Shown here: positions 1-10,426 of the stretch, piece after piece
Layout: each line of letters begins with the position of its first letter
How positions within the stretch are numbered: the stretch's first letter is position 1
Assembly (NCBI GenBank): GCA_018651605.1
Contig: JABIDS010000009.1
Coordinates: forward strand, 19,966-83,965
DNA: 64,000 bases
Origin: an archaeon
GTDB lineage: Archaea; Nanobdellota; Nanobdellia; Pacearchaeales; GW2011-AR1
Reading direction: 5' to 3'
Notes under the pieces: model-generated
Database searches by the model: none
What the model saw: only the letters and a program-made list of their open reading frames with translations
Told to the model about the DNA's origin: nothing
Translations under genes and position numbers: made by a program

Positions 1-1
1 A

Positions 2-61
2 TTTAAGAATTTATATGAAAATCCTTTGCCTGTTTGGGATAAAGGTCCTGTTTGGGCTTGA
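2..61 (+). CDS. Possible 3' end of a gene entering from the left edge (…FKNLYENPLPVWDKGPVWA*)
   Basis: Open frame from the window edge to TGA at 59-61; too short to identify. Confidence 0.35.
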   Translation, partial: FKNLYENPLPVWDKGPVWA

Positions 62-142
62 TGTGAGTTATTTTTGTAGGGGTAATTTGTTTGTTATTAT
101 ATACAATATGTTTTTATATGTGTTTTTTCTAATATTGTAAAG

Positions 143-3100
143 ATGGTGTTGGAAAAAAAAGATGTGATTGGACATATAGAATTGACTTATATTTTGTTTG
201 TTCTTTTGTTTGTTTTGGTAGGGTTTTTGTTTAGTTTTGATTATGTTGTTGAGGAGTTTGTTAAGGAAGGTGTTGAGAGTGAGGGGGTTGGGGTTTTGGA
301 GGGTGGAGTGGAGGTTGGTGTTGGTTCTGAGGGTAGTGGTTTAGGGAGAGATGGTTTTGATGGTGATGAAAAGAAGAGTGGTTTTTTTAAGAGGATTTTT
401 GAGGGGTTGTTTGGTAAGGAGGAGGTTTTGTTTAGTCCTCCATCTATTGACTCTGTTTCTCCATTGAATGGATTATCAAAAACTGGTGAGGAACAAATAT
501 TTACTATAGAATATTCTGATCCTGAGGGATGGGAAGATTTAATCTATGGTTATGTTATTTTTGGAGCAGATTCATCTGATAGTAGGATTTTTTTAGAGTA
601 TAGGCATACTACAAAATTCGGATTAGTTAATGATAAAGGGATTATGACTTATCATTGTGATCCAGAATCAGATAATTTTTTATCTAATTCTTATGTAAAA
701 TTAGATTGTTCTAAATCTTTTGTTTCTGGTTCTGGAGATACTATGACTTTAACTTTAGCTTTAACATTTAAAGAGCCTTTTATTGGAAATTGGAAAATAC
801 TTTTAAGGACAAAAGATATTTCAGATAAAGATAAGGGTAAATGGGTGCCAATGGGGGATTGGGATGTTGAGGAAGGGGAGGTAATTATTGTTCCTGTTAA
901 ACCTCTTCCTCAAATGCGGGCACTTTATGGAGGGATTAATGAATTAAGAATTGGAGAGGGTGGGATAGATGCATACACTGATATGTTTAGGAGTTATGGA
1001 ATTAATACATTTATAACTAAACATTCTGGATTAAGAAATAATTTTATTTATGCTGATAGGTATCCAAATTCTCCTGAAAATTTTTATGAATCAATTTTAG
1101 ACCAGGCTGAGTGGGCTGAACAAAAAGGATTTGTTTTCTTTCCAATTATTGATTTTGTTCATAGGGTTAATGATCCTGATGATTTGGATGGGGATGAGAT
1201 TACAGTTTCTTCCATTACAGATAACTATGTTGTTTTTAGTGATGGTAGTGCGGGTTCACAAGTAACTCCTTTTGATGAGACTTATTGGGATTATTTAACT
1301 GATATTGCAGTGAGATTAGCAAGACTTTCAGAAAATTATGGCAAATATCGGGTTGATGGTTTAATGTTTGATTTTGAATTGTATAAAAGTGTAGAATTTG
1401 GAGAACCAAGAAAATTTGATAGGACTTTTGGTTTTGAAGATTCTACTTTTAATAATTATTTGGTTGATAGAGGTTTAGTTGAGTTGAATAGTCCTCCTAA
1501 GGAGTCTAATCAGAGGGCTGAAAGATATGATTGGTTAATAGATAATGGGAGATGGACTGATTATTATTCTTATCTTGAAGATACAATAGAAAAACTTGCA
1601 GAAAATATGAAGAGTGAGGTAAGAAAGGTTAATCCTGATTTCGTGTTAGGATTTTATCCTACGCCAGAGCCGCTTTATTTAATAGATATCCTTGATGGTT
1701 TTGGAAGTGAGGATGATCCTGCGGTTTTATTGGATACTTTTACTTATGCAATATCTTATATGGGATATTCTTATGGGGGAGAAGTAGTTCCAACAGGGAT
1801 TAGTCGTAATAGATTGCCTTCTGGTTATTTTGATGTAACTAAAAGATATCATCCTGAAAGAAATAAACCTGCGTATGCTTATTATCTTGGAGGAACAATA
1901 GCTGCTGCTTATGATCCTTTGGATTATGAAAATAAATTATATAATATTGGAAATGATGGAAATGGTTATTGGATTTATCAGGCTACTTTTTTTCTAAATG
2001 GTTTTAGGCCGGATTTACCGGGATGGGGATTACCTTGTAATAATGGGATTCGTTCTTTTAATTGTCCGAATGCTGATGCACATCAAGGTGCTGTTGACCA
2101 TTATTTGAATGAGATAAAAAATGCTAATTTAAGGTTGGGATGGGAGCCGTGTGTTCTTTCAAATGGAGGTGATGAAATATGTGATAATAAAGATAATGAT
2201 TGTAATGGAAAGGTTGATGATGGTGATTTGTGTGATAATGGAAATTATTGTGATGGTGTTGAAACTTGTTCTTCAGGAAGTTGTGTTGATGGTAGTGCTG
2301 TTGTATGTAATGATGGAATTGATTGTACTGATGATTTTTGTGATGAAGTAAATGATAAATGTGATGTAGATGAGTCTTCTTCTAGTTGTGGATGCCCTAA
2401 TGGTTTGGATTCAGAGTGTAGTAATGATGATGTTTGTGATGGTATTGAGAGTTGTAATACTGAAACTTTGGTTTGTATTGATGATGTGGATTTGGATTGT
2501 GATGGGAGTGATGTTTGTATTGATTATTCTTGTGACGCTGTTTTAGGTTGTCAAGAGAGTTTTAATAGTGCTGATTGTAATGATGGGGTTGATTGTACTT
2601 TGGGAGATAAATGTAATTTGGGTGATTGTTCTGGAACTCCTTATGATAGTGAGTGTGAATTTTTTTGGCAGTCTTGTAATCCTGTTTCTGGTTGTGAGCA
2701 GGCGAGTTGTAAGGATTGTAAGGATTGTGATACCTGGCTTGGTAGTTGTAGTTATAATGAATGTCATAATGAATGTGATTGGGGAGATGGTTGTTATTTT
2801 GAGAAGGATCCTTTGGGTGATGATTGTGTTCCATTAAGTGAAGGTTGTTCTTCTGTTGGTAGTTGTGGAGATTATTCTGTTGAGGAGTGTGTTAGTGATT
2901 TATGTGATAAGGCTCCTGTTGGTGGGAATGGTTGTGAGTTAGGTGAAAATAGGTTTGTAATTATGTCTTTTAGTCAGTATTTAGATGATTTTGCTGATGA
3001 ATGGCATCAATTAGTTCAACAGACATATATTCAAAATGAAAAAGTTATTAATAAGATATATATTGACGGTGTGTTAAGAAATACTGAAAAGTTTGAGGAT

Positions 3101-6100
3101 GCAGGAGGGTTGGTTAATAATTATGCTAATCTTAAGTTAGCTGTTGATTTGAATGGAGAAGTTGATGATGTTAAAATTTGGAATAGGGCTTTGAGTTCTA
3201 GTGAAGTTTTAGATGATAATAATGGTGTTTTGGTTTCTGATTCATTGATTGCACATTATAATTTTAATGAGGGTAGTGGGGTTGGAGTTGTGGATTCTGT
3301 AGGAGATAATGATGGTGTTCTTAATGGGGATGCAGTGAGAATTGATGGAGGAATTATTGATATTGGAACTTCAGGTTATATTGAAATTAAAGAAACTTCG
3401 GTGATGGATATTTCATTAACAGATGAGTATACTATTTCTGGTAGGTTTAAGTTATCTTCAGAAGAAACTGCAGGCAGTAGATATTTTTGGTCTGATTATT
3501 CTTGGATGAACTCAGGATTTATTGCTATAATTTTTCCTCGTGATCAGAAATTTTATTATTATAATACACATAAAGATTTGAGTGTTTGTGTTGATGCTAG
3601 TTATTGTGGGGATGGTGTTTGTGGTTTTGAGTCTGGAGAGAATTGTGGTGGTTGTGAGGAGGATTGTGGTTGTTCTGGTGAGACTCCTCATTGTTCTAGT
3701 GGGAATTGTGTTGAATGTGAGAGGCCTAGTGATTGTGATGATGGATTATATTGTAATGGTGTTGAAAGTTGTGTTGATGGAAGTTGTGTTGATGGAAGTG
3801 TTATTAATTTTGATGATAGAGTTGGTTGTACTATGGATAGTTGTGATGAAGTTAATGATGTGATTGTTAATGTTGTTGATGATGGTTTATGTCAGAATGG
3901 AGATTGGTGTGATGGTGTTGAGAGTTGTGACGCTGTTTTGGATTGTCAAGATGAGGTTGATCCTGATTGTAGTGATGTTTATAGTTGTAGTGTTGATAGT
4001 TGTAGTGAGGGGTCGGTAGTTGGGGATAATTTAGGTGTTTGTGATTATGATACTTCTGGTTGTGGATGTTTAGTTGATGGTGATTGTGATGATTCAAATG
4101 ATTGTACTGATGATTTTTGTAATGCTCAACGTGAATGTGATAAGACGAATAAGATTAATGGTTTTGTCTGTGATGATGGGAATTTATGTACTGAGGATGA
4201 TAAATGTTCTGTTGGGGTTTGTAGTGGTTCTGCTAGGGATTGTTCTTCTTTAAGTGATCAGTGTAATGATGGTGTTTGTGATTTAGATGATGGTTTGTGT
4301 AAGGCAGAGGTTAAGATTAATGGTTTGAGTTGTGATGATGGTTTGTTTTGTAGTGTTAGTGATGTTTGTGGGAATGGTGTTTGTGGTGGTTCTTCTAGAG
4401 ATTGTTCATCCTTTAATGATCAGTGTAATGATGGTGTTTGTGATGATGTTTTGAATTTGTGTAAGGCTGATGCTAAGGTTAATGGTTTGGATTGTGATGA
4501 TGAGGTTGATTGTACTGTTGAAGATAAATGTAGTTTTGGGGATTGTAAGGGTCGTGTTGATGATAATGAATGTGAAGATTGGGAATCTTGTAATCCTGTT
4601 TCTGATTGTGGGCAAGTAACTTGTTCAAGTTGTAAGGAATGTGATAGTTGGCTTAGTGGTTGTGATTATAATGAATGTCATAATGAATGTGATTGGGGGG
4701 ATGGATGTTATTTTGATTCTAAGTTTGGTGAGAATTGTGTTTCATTAGTTGATGGTTGTTCTTCTGTGGATAGTTGTGAGGATTATTCTAGTGAGGAATG
4801 TGTTAGTGATTTGTGTGGTAAGGCACCTTCTTCAAATGGGTGTGAACTTGATGGAGATGATTGTGTTGCTGTTAGTTATTGTGGGGATGGTGTTTGTGAT
4901 GTTGGTTCTGAAGATTGTAGTAGTTGTGTTGAAGATTGTAGTTGTTCTGGGAATGTTGATTTGAAGCAGTGTTCTAGTGGAAGTTGTGTTGAATGTTTGG
5001 AGGTTGATGATTGTGATGATGATAAGAGTTGTACTAATGATTTGTGTACAAATAATGTTTGTGTTTTTCCTGAGATTGATTCAGATGGAGATGGTTATGG
5101 TGCTTGTTTAGGTATAGGGTTTGATTGTGATGATGGGGACCGGGATGTTAATCCTGGGGTTGAAGAGAGTTGTAATAATGTTGATGATGATTGTGATGGT
5201 TTGACTGATGAGAGTTTGAGTCAGGCTACTAGTTGTGGTGTTGGTTTGTGTTTAGGTAATGTTGGTGTTGAAACTTGTTCTTTAGGTAGTTGGATTGGTG
5301 ATACATGTGATGAAGATGATGGTGCTGTTGATGAAGTTTGTAATAATGCCGACGATGATTGTGATGGTTCTACTGATGAGGGTTGTGCTTGTTCATTAGG
5401 TGATACTCAACCTTGTGGTAGTGATGTTGGAGAATGTGTTGCTGGTTCTCAAGTTTGTGATATTAATGGTATTTGGGGGGATTGTGTTGGTGGGCAAGGA
5501 CCTGTTGTTGAAATTTGTGATAATAAGGATAATGATTGTTCTAATGGGATTGATGATGGCTTGAGTAGGGGAACAAGTTGTGGGGTTGGGGCGTGTTCTG
5601 GGAATAGTGGGGTTGAAACTTGTTCTGCGGGTGTTTGGGGAAGTGATACATGTGATGATAAAGCTGGTGCTGTGAGTGATGCGAATTGTAATGGTGTTGA
5701 TGATGATTGTGATGGTTCTAAGGATGAAGATTATGTTTCGGTTGATACAAGTTGTGGGGTTGGGGAGTGTTTGGGGAATAGTGGTAGTTGGAGTTGTGTG
5801 AGTGGGAATGAGGTTGATAGTTGTGATGAATATGCTGGGAAGGTTGAAGAGAGTTGTGATGATGAAACTGGTTTTGATGGTTTGGATAATAATTGTGACG
5901 GTAATGTTGATTTAGATTGCGAATCTATTTGTGATAAAGATGGAGATGGTTATACAAATAATTTAATTTGTTTACCTGCTTGTTTAATTTATGGTTGGAA
6001 TTGTTTGAGTTTGGATTGTGATGATTCTAATGTAAATATAAATCCTAGAGAGGATGAATTATGTAATGGTATTGATGATGATTGTGATGGTGGAACAAGT

Positions 6101-7975
6101 GATGGAGTTGATGAGGATTGGTTTGGAGATGAGACAGGGTGTGGGGTTGGGGAGTGTGCTGCGGTTGGGGAACAATTATGTATAAATTCTCAAAAAACAA
6201 ATACATGTCAAGAAGGTGTTGCAGAGTTAGATGATAAGAGTTGTGATGGGAAGGATAATGATTGTAGTGGTGATGCTGATGAAGATTATATTTCTTTAGT
6301 TACTGATTGTGGTATTAATGAATGTTTGAGAATCGGGATAACATCATGTTCTAATGGAGAGGTTTTGGATTCTTGTGTTGTTGGAACTTCTGAACTAGAG
6401 ATTTGTGATGGTAAGGATAATGATTGTGATGGGAAATTTGATGAGGGTTGTGATTGTTTATTAGGTGATAGTCAACCTTGTGGGAGTGATGTTGGTGAAT
6501 GTGTTGTAGGTTTGCAGACTTGTAATATTAATGGTAATTGGGGAGATTGTGTTGGTGGTCAGGGTCCTGTAGAGGAGATTTGTGATGGTTTGGATAATAA
6601 TTGTGTTGGAGGGGTTGATGAAGGTGGAAATAGTTTATGTGATGATTCTATTGATTGTACTGATGATGTATGTAATGGTGTGAGTGAATGTTCTTATACT
6701 GAGAATCATGGTCTTTGTGAGAATAATTTATTTTGTGATGGAGAGGAAAGATGTAGTATTGATGAAGAGAAATGTATTTCTATAAAGACTCCTAATTGTG
6801 AGGATGTTTTTTCATGTACTGATGATTCTTGTGATGAGGGTTTGGATAAGTGTGTTAGTGATGAAAATTCTGGGAATTGTTTGACTGGGCAGATTTGCGA
6901 TGTTCTTAATTTTGTTGCTCCAACTGGTTGCGGTTATGTTGAGAATTGTGTTGATAAAGATGGTGATGGGTTGTATGATTATGATGAGAATTTTTGTTCG
7001 GAGGGTGTTGATGAGTGTTCTGGAACAAATAAGGGTTATTTTGTTAGGAATCCTTTTAAGTTGAATGATTATTTGCCTAAGGTTGGAAAGTTTAATATTC
7101 CTTCGGTGAATGCAGGAAATATTTTGAATTTTGAGAATTTTAGTGTTGAGTATAATGGGACTAAAATTAATTTTGTTGATAATGTTAGTTTGGTTAAAGT
7201 GAATGCTAGCGGTTGTTTTGAGGTTATTAATTTAAGTGAGATTGTTTTGTTTGAGGATGGTAAGTTGAGTGTGAATACGAGTTTGATGGATGGATTTGAT
7301 AAGCCTGCACTGTTGAAGTTTAGTGGAATTAATTTTGAGAACCCTCAGATTTATAGGGATGATGTTAAGTGTGTTGATTGCGAGATTATTAATTATTCTA
7401 AGGGAGAATTTTTAGAGGTCATGATTACTGGTTTTGTTTCTTATGATGTTAAGGAAGGGGCTTATTGTGGGGATGGTGTTTGTAATGGTGGTGATAGTTG
7501 TTCTAATTGCGTTGTTGATTGTGGGGTTTGTTCTGCAGGTGAGGGAGGTATTCTTGGAGGAGGTTCTGGGAGTTCTGGTGGTGGTGGTGGTGGGAGTCCT
7601 AGTGGTCCTAGTGGTCCAAGTGGAGGAAATCCTAGTGGTTTAAATATAAATCAAAGTAGTGTTGTAAATGTTTCTTATCCTAGTAGTTGTGTTGAAACTT
7701 GGTCTTGTAAGGATTGGAGTGAATGTAATGAGAGTGTTCAGAGAAGGGAGTGTTCGGATGTTAATGATTGTGGGAGTGAGGAGTATAAGCCTATTTTGGA
7801 GAAGGAATGTGTTGAGAAGAATAATGTTATAAAACTTGCTGTTGCATTTTTTATATCTTTTTTTGTTTCAGGAATAGTTGCTGTTTTGATTGTTGTTTAT
7901 TTTAAGATTAGGGATAGAAGGAAGAGTGTTATTAGAGATTTGCATAAGAATGGTTATCATGGGTTTAAGTGGTGA
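143..7975 (+). CDS. Giant (2610 aa) Cys/Asp-rich cell-surface protein: N-terminal TM, putative glycoside-hydrolase-like barrel, LamG-like domain, many Cys-rich repeats (CDGxDNDCDG and CDDGxxCTxDxC types), Gly-rich linker, C-terminal TM
   Basis: Hydrophobic segment at aa ~15-33; repeated EICDxxDNDCDG motifs; LamG motifs (IYIDG, DDVKIWNRAL, AHYNFNEG); CVETWSCKDWSEC module; TM followed by a basic tail. Confidence 0.85.
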   Translation: MVLEKKDVIGHIELTYILFVLLFVLVGFLFSFDYVVEEFVKEGVESEGVGVLEGGVEVGVGSEGSGLGRDGFDGDEKKSGFFKRIFEGLFGKEEVLFSPPSIDSVSPLNGLSKTGEEQIFTIEYSDPEGWEDLIYGYVIFGADSSDSRIFLEYRHTTKFGLVNDKGIMTYHCDPESDNFLSNSYVKLDCSKSFVSGSGDTMTLTLALTFKEPFIGNWKILLRTKDISDKDKGKWVPMGDWDVEEGEVIIVPVKPLPQMRALYGGINELRIGEGGIDAYTDMFRSYGINTFITKHSGLRNNFIYADRYPNSPENFYESILDQAEWAEQKGFVFFPIIDFVHRVNDPDDLDGDEITVSSITDNYVVFSDGSAGSQVTPFDETYWDYLTDIAVRLARLSENYGKYRVDGLMFDFELYKSVEFGEPRKFDRTFGFEDSTFNNYLVDRGLVELNSPPKESNQRAERYDWLIDNGRWTDYYSYLEDTIEKLAENMKSEVRKVNPDFVLGFYPTPEPLYLIDILDGFGSEDDPAVLLDTFTYAISYMGYSYGGEVVPTGISRNRLPSGYFDVTKRYHPERNKPAYAYYLGGTIAAAYDPLDYENKLYNIGNDGNGYWIYQATFFLNGFRPDLPGWGLPCNNGIRSFNCPNADAHQGAVDHYLNEIKNANLRLGWEPCVLSNGGDEICDNKDNDCNGKVDDGDLCDNGNYCDGVETCSSGSCVDGSAVVCNDGIDCTDDFCDEVNDKCDVDESSSSCGCPNGLDSECSNDDVCDGIESCNTETLVCIDDVDLDCDGSDVCIDYSCDAVLGCQESFNSADCNDGVDCTLGDKCNLGDCSGTPYDSECEFFWQSCNPVSGCEQASCKDCKDCDTWLGSCSYNECHNECDWGDGCYFEKDPLGDDCVPLSEGCSSVGSCGDYSVEECVSDLCDKAPVGGNGCELGENRFVIMSFSQYLDDFADEWHQLVQQTYIQNEKVINKIYIDGVLRNTEKFEDAGGLVNNYANLKLAVDLNGEVDDVKIWNRALSSSEVLDDNNGVLVSDSLIAHYNFNEGSGVGVVDSVGDNDGVLNGDAVRIDGGIIDIGTSGYIEIKETSVMDISLTDEYTISGRFKLSSEETAGSRYFWSDYSWMNSGFIAIIFPRDQKFYYYNTHKDLSVCVDASYCGDGVCGFESGENCGGCEEDCGCSGETPHCSSGNCVECERPSDCDDGLYCNGVESCVDGSCVDGSVINFDDRVGCTMDSCDEVNDVIVNVVDDGLCQNGDWCDGVESCDAVLDCQDEVDPDCSDVYSCSVDSCSEGSVVGDNLGVCDYDTSGCGCLVDGDCDDSNDCTDDFCNAQRECDKTNKINGFVCDDGNLCTEDDKCSVGVCSGSARDCSSLSDQCNDGVCDLDDGLCKAEVKINGLSCDDGLFCSVSDVCGNGVCGGSSRDCSSFNDQCNDGVCDDVLNLCKADAKVNGLDCDDEVDCTVEDKCSFGDCKGRVDDNECEDWESCNPVSDCGQVTCSSCKECDSWLSGCDYNECHNECDWGDGCYFDSKFGENCVSLVDGCSSVDSCEDYSSEECVSDLCGKAPSSNGCELDGDDCVAVSYCGDGVCDVGSEDCSSCVEDCSCSGNVDLKQCSSGSCVECLEVDDCDDDKSCTNDLCTNNVCVFPEIDSDGDGYGACLGIGFDCDDGDRDVNPGVEESCNNVDDDCDGLTDESLSQATSCGVGLCLGNVGVETCSLGSWIGDTCDEDDGAVDEVCNNADDDCDGSTDEGCACSLGDTQPCGSDVGECVAGSQVCDINGIWGDCVGGQGPVVEICDNKDNDCSNGIDDGLSRGTSCGVGACSGNSGVETCSAGVWGSDTCDDKAGAVSDANCNGVDDDCDGSKDEDYVSVDTSCGVGECLGNSGSWSCVSGNEVDSCDEYAGKVEESCDDETGFDGLDNNCDGNVDLDCESICDKDGDGYTNNLICLPACLIYGWNCLSLDCDDSNVNINPREDELCNGIDDDCDGGTSDGVDEDWFGDETGCGVGECAAVGEQLCINSQKTNTCQEGVAELDDKSCDGKDNDCSGDADEDYISLVTDCGINECLRIGITSCSNGEVLDSCVVGTSELEICDGKDNDCDGKFDEGCDCLLGDSQPCGSDVGECVVGLQTCNINGNWGDCVGGQGPVEEICDGLDNNCVGGVDEGGNSLCDDSIDCTDDVCNGVSECSYTENHGLCENNLFCDGEERCSIDEEKCISIKTPNCEDVFSCTDDSCDEGLDKCVSDENSGNCLTGQICDVLNFVAPTGCGYVENCVDKDGDGLYDYDENFCSEGVDECSGTNKGYFVRNPFKLNDYLPKVGKFNIPSVNAGNILNFENFSVEYNGTKINFVDNVSLVKVNASGCFEVINLSEIVLFEDGKLSVNTSLMDGFDKPALLKFSGINFENPQIYRDDVKCVDCEIINYSKGEFLEVMITGFVSYDVKEGAYCGDGVCNGGDSCSNCVVDCGVCSAGEGGILGGGSGSSGGGGGGSPSGPSGPSGGNPSGLNINQSSVVNVSYPSSCVETWSCKDWSECNESVQRRECSDVNDCGSEEYKPILEKECVEKNNVIKLAVAFFISFFVSGIVAVLIVVYFKIRDRRKSVIRDLHKNGYHGFKW

Positions 7976-7994
7976 TTTGGTTGGGTTGGATTTT

Positions 7995-8090
7995 CCACCA
8001 CCCACGGAAAGCCGGTTTCACCTTTCCCTTTCCGTGCCGTTGCAGTCTTAAAAAGTTGTTAGAGGGTTTATTTATTCAGAGGAGTTTTCT
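7995..8090 (+). repeat. Dispersed palindromic element, subtype A
   Basis: cacggaaag…ctttccgtg hairpin, then ttgcagtctta…tgttagagggtttatttattcagaggagttttc; similar to 11745-11900 and 56341-56445. Confidence 0.7.
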
Positions 8091-8164
8091 TTGGTTGTTG
8101 TTAAGAGATTGGTTTGGTTATAGATGGGAAAGGTGTTTTGTAGAGAGTTTAAGATTTAGGAGAT

Positions 8165-8370
8165 TCAGAGAATTAAAAATTCTCTGACTTAGAAAAATAA
8201 GCTATAAGCCCTATTATTTTTCTAATTTCAGTATTTAGCGGAGCGCCCTGACTAAGTCGGGTGCGAGAGCGATATAAAATAAGTTATGAGCTGAAGGAGA
8301 ATGAATCATGGATGGAATAAATGAACCGAAAGAGAATGAATCTATGCGAGCGATAGTGAATGAATCTAAT
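8165..8370. repeat. Composite palindromic module: triple hairpin plus inverted copies of family motifs
   Basis: tcagagaattaaaaattctctga (8165-8187) matches 11822-11845; 8237-8272 is the reverse complement of the core at 45551 and 46790; taaaataagttatgagc also occurs at ~56540. Confidence 0.7.
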
Positions 8371-8377
8371 CTTTTAA

Positions 8378-10426
8378 TCACTCAATCCTACTAATCCCGT
8401 TATCTTTTTGTATTCTTATTATGTTATCTACAAAACCTTCAATTTTTTGTTCATGAGATACTAGGATGAGTTGTTCTGTGTTTAGTTGATGAAGGACATC
8501 TCGCATTTTATCTAATTGTTGGTCTGAGAATCCATCTGTTGGTTCGTCTAGGATGACTAGGTTTGATGTTTTAATGTTGCTTAATAGGGAATTGATGACT
8601 TGGTTTAAAGAGAGACGGTATGCAAGGGCTATTGCTGTTCTTTCTCCTCCGCTTAAGAATGAATAATCTAATTCGTAATCTTGTTGAGTGATTACTGGTG
8701 AAAAGTCGTCATCTAGCGAGGCTGTTAAGGAATCCGAGACAAGTGTTGAGAACCAATCTGAGAATAATGTTGAGAATTCTTGTTTTAAACTTAACATTAC
8801 TTGTTTTTCTGTGAAAAGGATGAGGTCTAGGAATTTGTTTGAAATCCAAGATTCAATGTGTTTGATTTTTTCTGCCTTGGTTTTTATTTCTTGTTTCTTT
8901 TGTATTTTTTCCTTGACTTCATTAATCTGTATTCCTAATAGTTGAATTTCTTTATTTGTTTCTGCTTTTTTTATTGCTAATTTTTCTTGATTTGTTTTTG
9001 TTTGATTTAGTTCTTCTTTTTTTGTTTTGTAAATTGTTTCATATTTGTCGTATTCTTTTATTGATTTTTCTATTGTTTCTATGTGTTTTTTTAATGTCTC
9101 TGTATCTTCATTTGTTGCTTGCATTTGTTTTTCTAAGTCTTGTATTCTTTGTTGTTTTTCTTTGATTGTTTCTAATTTTACTTTTCTAATTTCTAAGTCT
9201 GATTTTCTTTTTTTGTATTCTTCTATTGAATTTTTTATTGATTCTAATTGTTTTTCTAAATATGTTCTTTGTTTTGTTAATTGATTTATTGATTCTTGTA
9301 ATTGTTTTATTTCTTGGCTTGTTTTTTGAGATATATTTTGTTTGTAATTTTCTGAAACTTCTTGAAGGCAGGTTGGACAATTTTCTAAGTGAGATATTTT
9401 GTTTTGTAGGCTTTCTGTTTCTTGTTTTTTTGAATCTTGTGAATTTATTTTACTAACTATTTGTATGAATTCTTTTTCTAATTCTTGATGTTTGGATTCT
9501 TGGAATTTTACTCTTTGGTCTAATGCTGTGTATTCTCCTTCGTCGAATTTTAATTCTTGAGTTTCTTTTAATTGATATTGAATATTGCTAATGTTATTTT
9601 TTGTTGAAGTTATTTGTTGAGATTTTTCTCTTATTAAAAGTTCTGATTTTGATTTTTCGTTTTCTAATGTTTGTTTTTGGTTTATTTTTTCTTGAACTTC
9701 TTCAAGTGCTTTTTCTTTTTCTTTTGATTTTTCTAATGCTTGTTCGTGTTGCTGTGTTAATTGTGTTTTTAATTTTTTTAAGTCTTCTAAGTTTTGTTTT
9801 TTGTTTTCTAGGTTTTGTTTTTCTTCATCAATGTCTTGAGTAATTAATTCAAAAAGTCTTGCTTTTTCTCTTAATTTTGAAGTTAATATTGATAAATTTT
9901 CTTCTATTCTCTTATATTTGTCGATTCCAAAAACATGTCTTAATGTGTTTAGTCTTATGTCTCCTGGTTCTAGGATTATTTGTTTCATTTCTTCCTGGGG
10001 AGTGTAGACTGTGAATTTGTATAGAAGGTTTGTTTTTTTTGCGAATTCTGGAGGGTAGTTTAGTAATTTTAGAATTTTTGATTTTATTTCTGTTACAGAG
10101 CCTTCGAATTTTTCTTGGTTTATTGTTATTGATGAATAATCTTGTGTTACTGATTTTTTTGTTTTTTTAAGGGACCTTTCTATTATTATCTCTTTATTGT
10201 CTATTTCTAAATGTAGTTCTACTTTTGCTTGTTCTTGATTGGTTTTGAGAAGTGATGTTCCTTTTTGTGAGGGCTGTAGGCCGAAGAGTGCGAATTCTAT
10301 TGCAAGGAGTATTGTTGTTTTTCCTGCTCCTATGTCTCCTGATAAAAGTGTTGAACCTTGTGGGAATGTTATTGTTTGGTCTTCGTAGCTTCTTATGTTT
10401 TGGATTTGGAGGGATTTTAGTTGCAT
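8378..10426 (-). CDS. rad50: Rad50/SbcC SMC-family ATPase
   Basis: Walker A GDIGAGKT, coiled coil with CPTC zinc hook, LSGGE signature, ILDEPT Walker B; coupled to mre11. Confidence 0.93.
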   Translation of the reverse strand: MQLKSLQIQNIRSYEDQTITFPQGSTLLSGDIGAGKTTILLAIEFALFGLQPSQKGTSLLKTNQEQAKVELHLEIDNKEIIIERSLKKTKKSVTQDYSSITINQEKFEGSVTEIKSKILKLLNYPPEFAKKTNLLYKFTVYTPQEEMKQIILEPGDIRLNTLRHVFGIDKYKRIEENLSILTSKLREKARLFELITQDIDEEKQNLENKKQNLEDLKKLKTQLTQQHEQALEKSKEKEKALEEVQEKINQKQTLENEKSKSELLIREKSQQITSTKNNISNIQYQLKETQELKFDEGEYTALDQRVKFQESKHQELEKEFIQIVSKINSQDSKKQETESLQNKISHLENCPTCLQEVSENYKQNISQKTSQEIKQLQESINQLTKQRTYLEKQLESIKNSIEEYKKRKSDLEIRKVKLETIKEKQQRIQDLEKQMQATNEDTETLKKHIETIEKSIKEYDKYETIYKTKKEELNQTKTNQEKLAIKKAETNKEIQLLGIQINEVKEKIQKKQEIKTKAEKIKHIESWISNKFLDLILFTEKQVMLSLKQEFSTLFSDWFSTLVSDSLTASLDDDFSPVITQQDYELDYSFLSGGERTAIALAYRLSLNQVINSLLSNIKTSNLVILDEPTDGFSDQQLDKMRDVLHQLNTEQLILVSHEQKIEGFVDNIIRIQKDNGISRIE

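Noticed and set aside
2151..7643. Alternative-frame and antisense ORFs within the giant gene, and similar shadow ORFs such as 29273-29983 and 62342-62899
   Set aside because: By-products of extreme codon skew; they overlap well-supported genes and give low-complexity translations
7969..8187. 72-aa ORF after the giant gene
   Set aside because: Runs through the non-coding palindromic element and has no protein-like features
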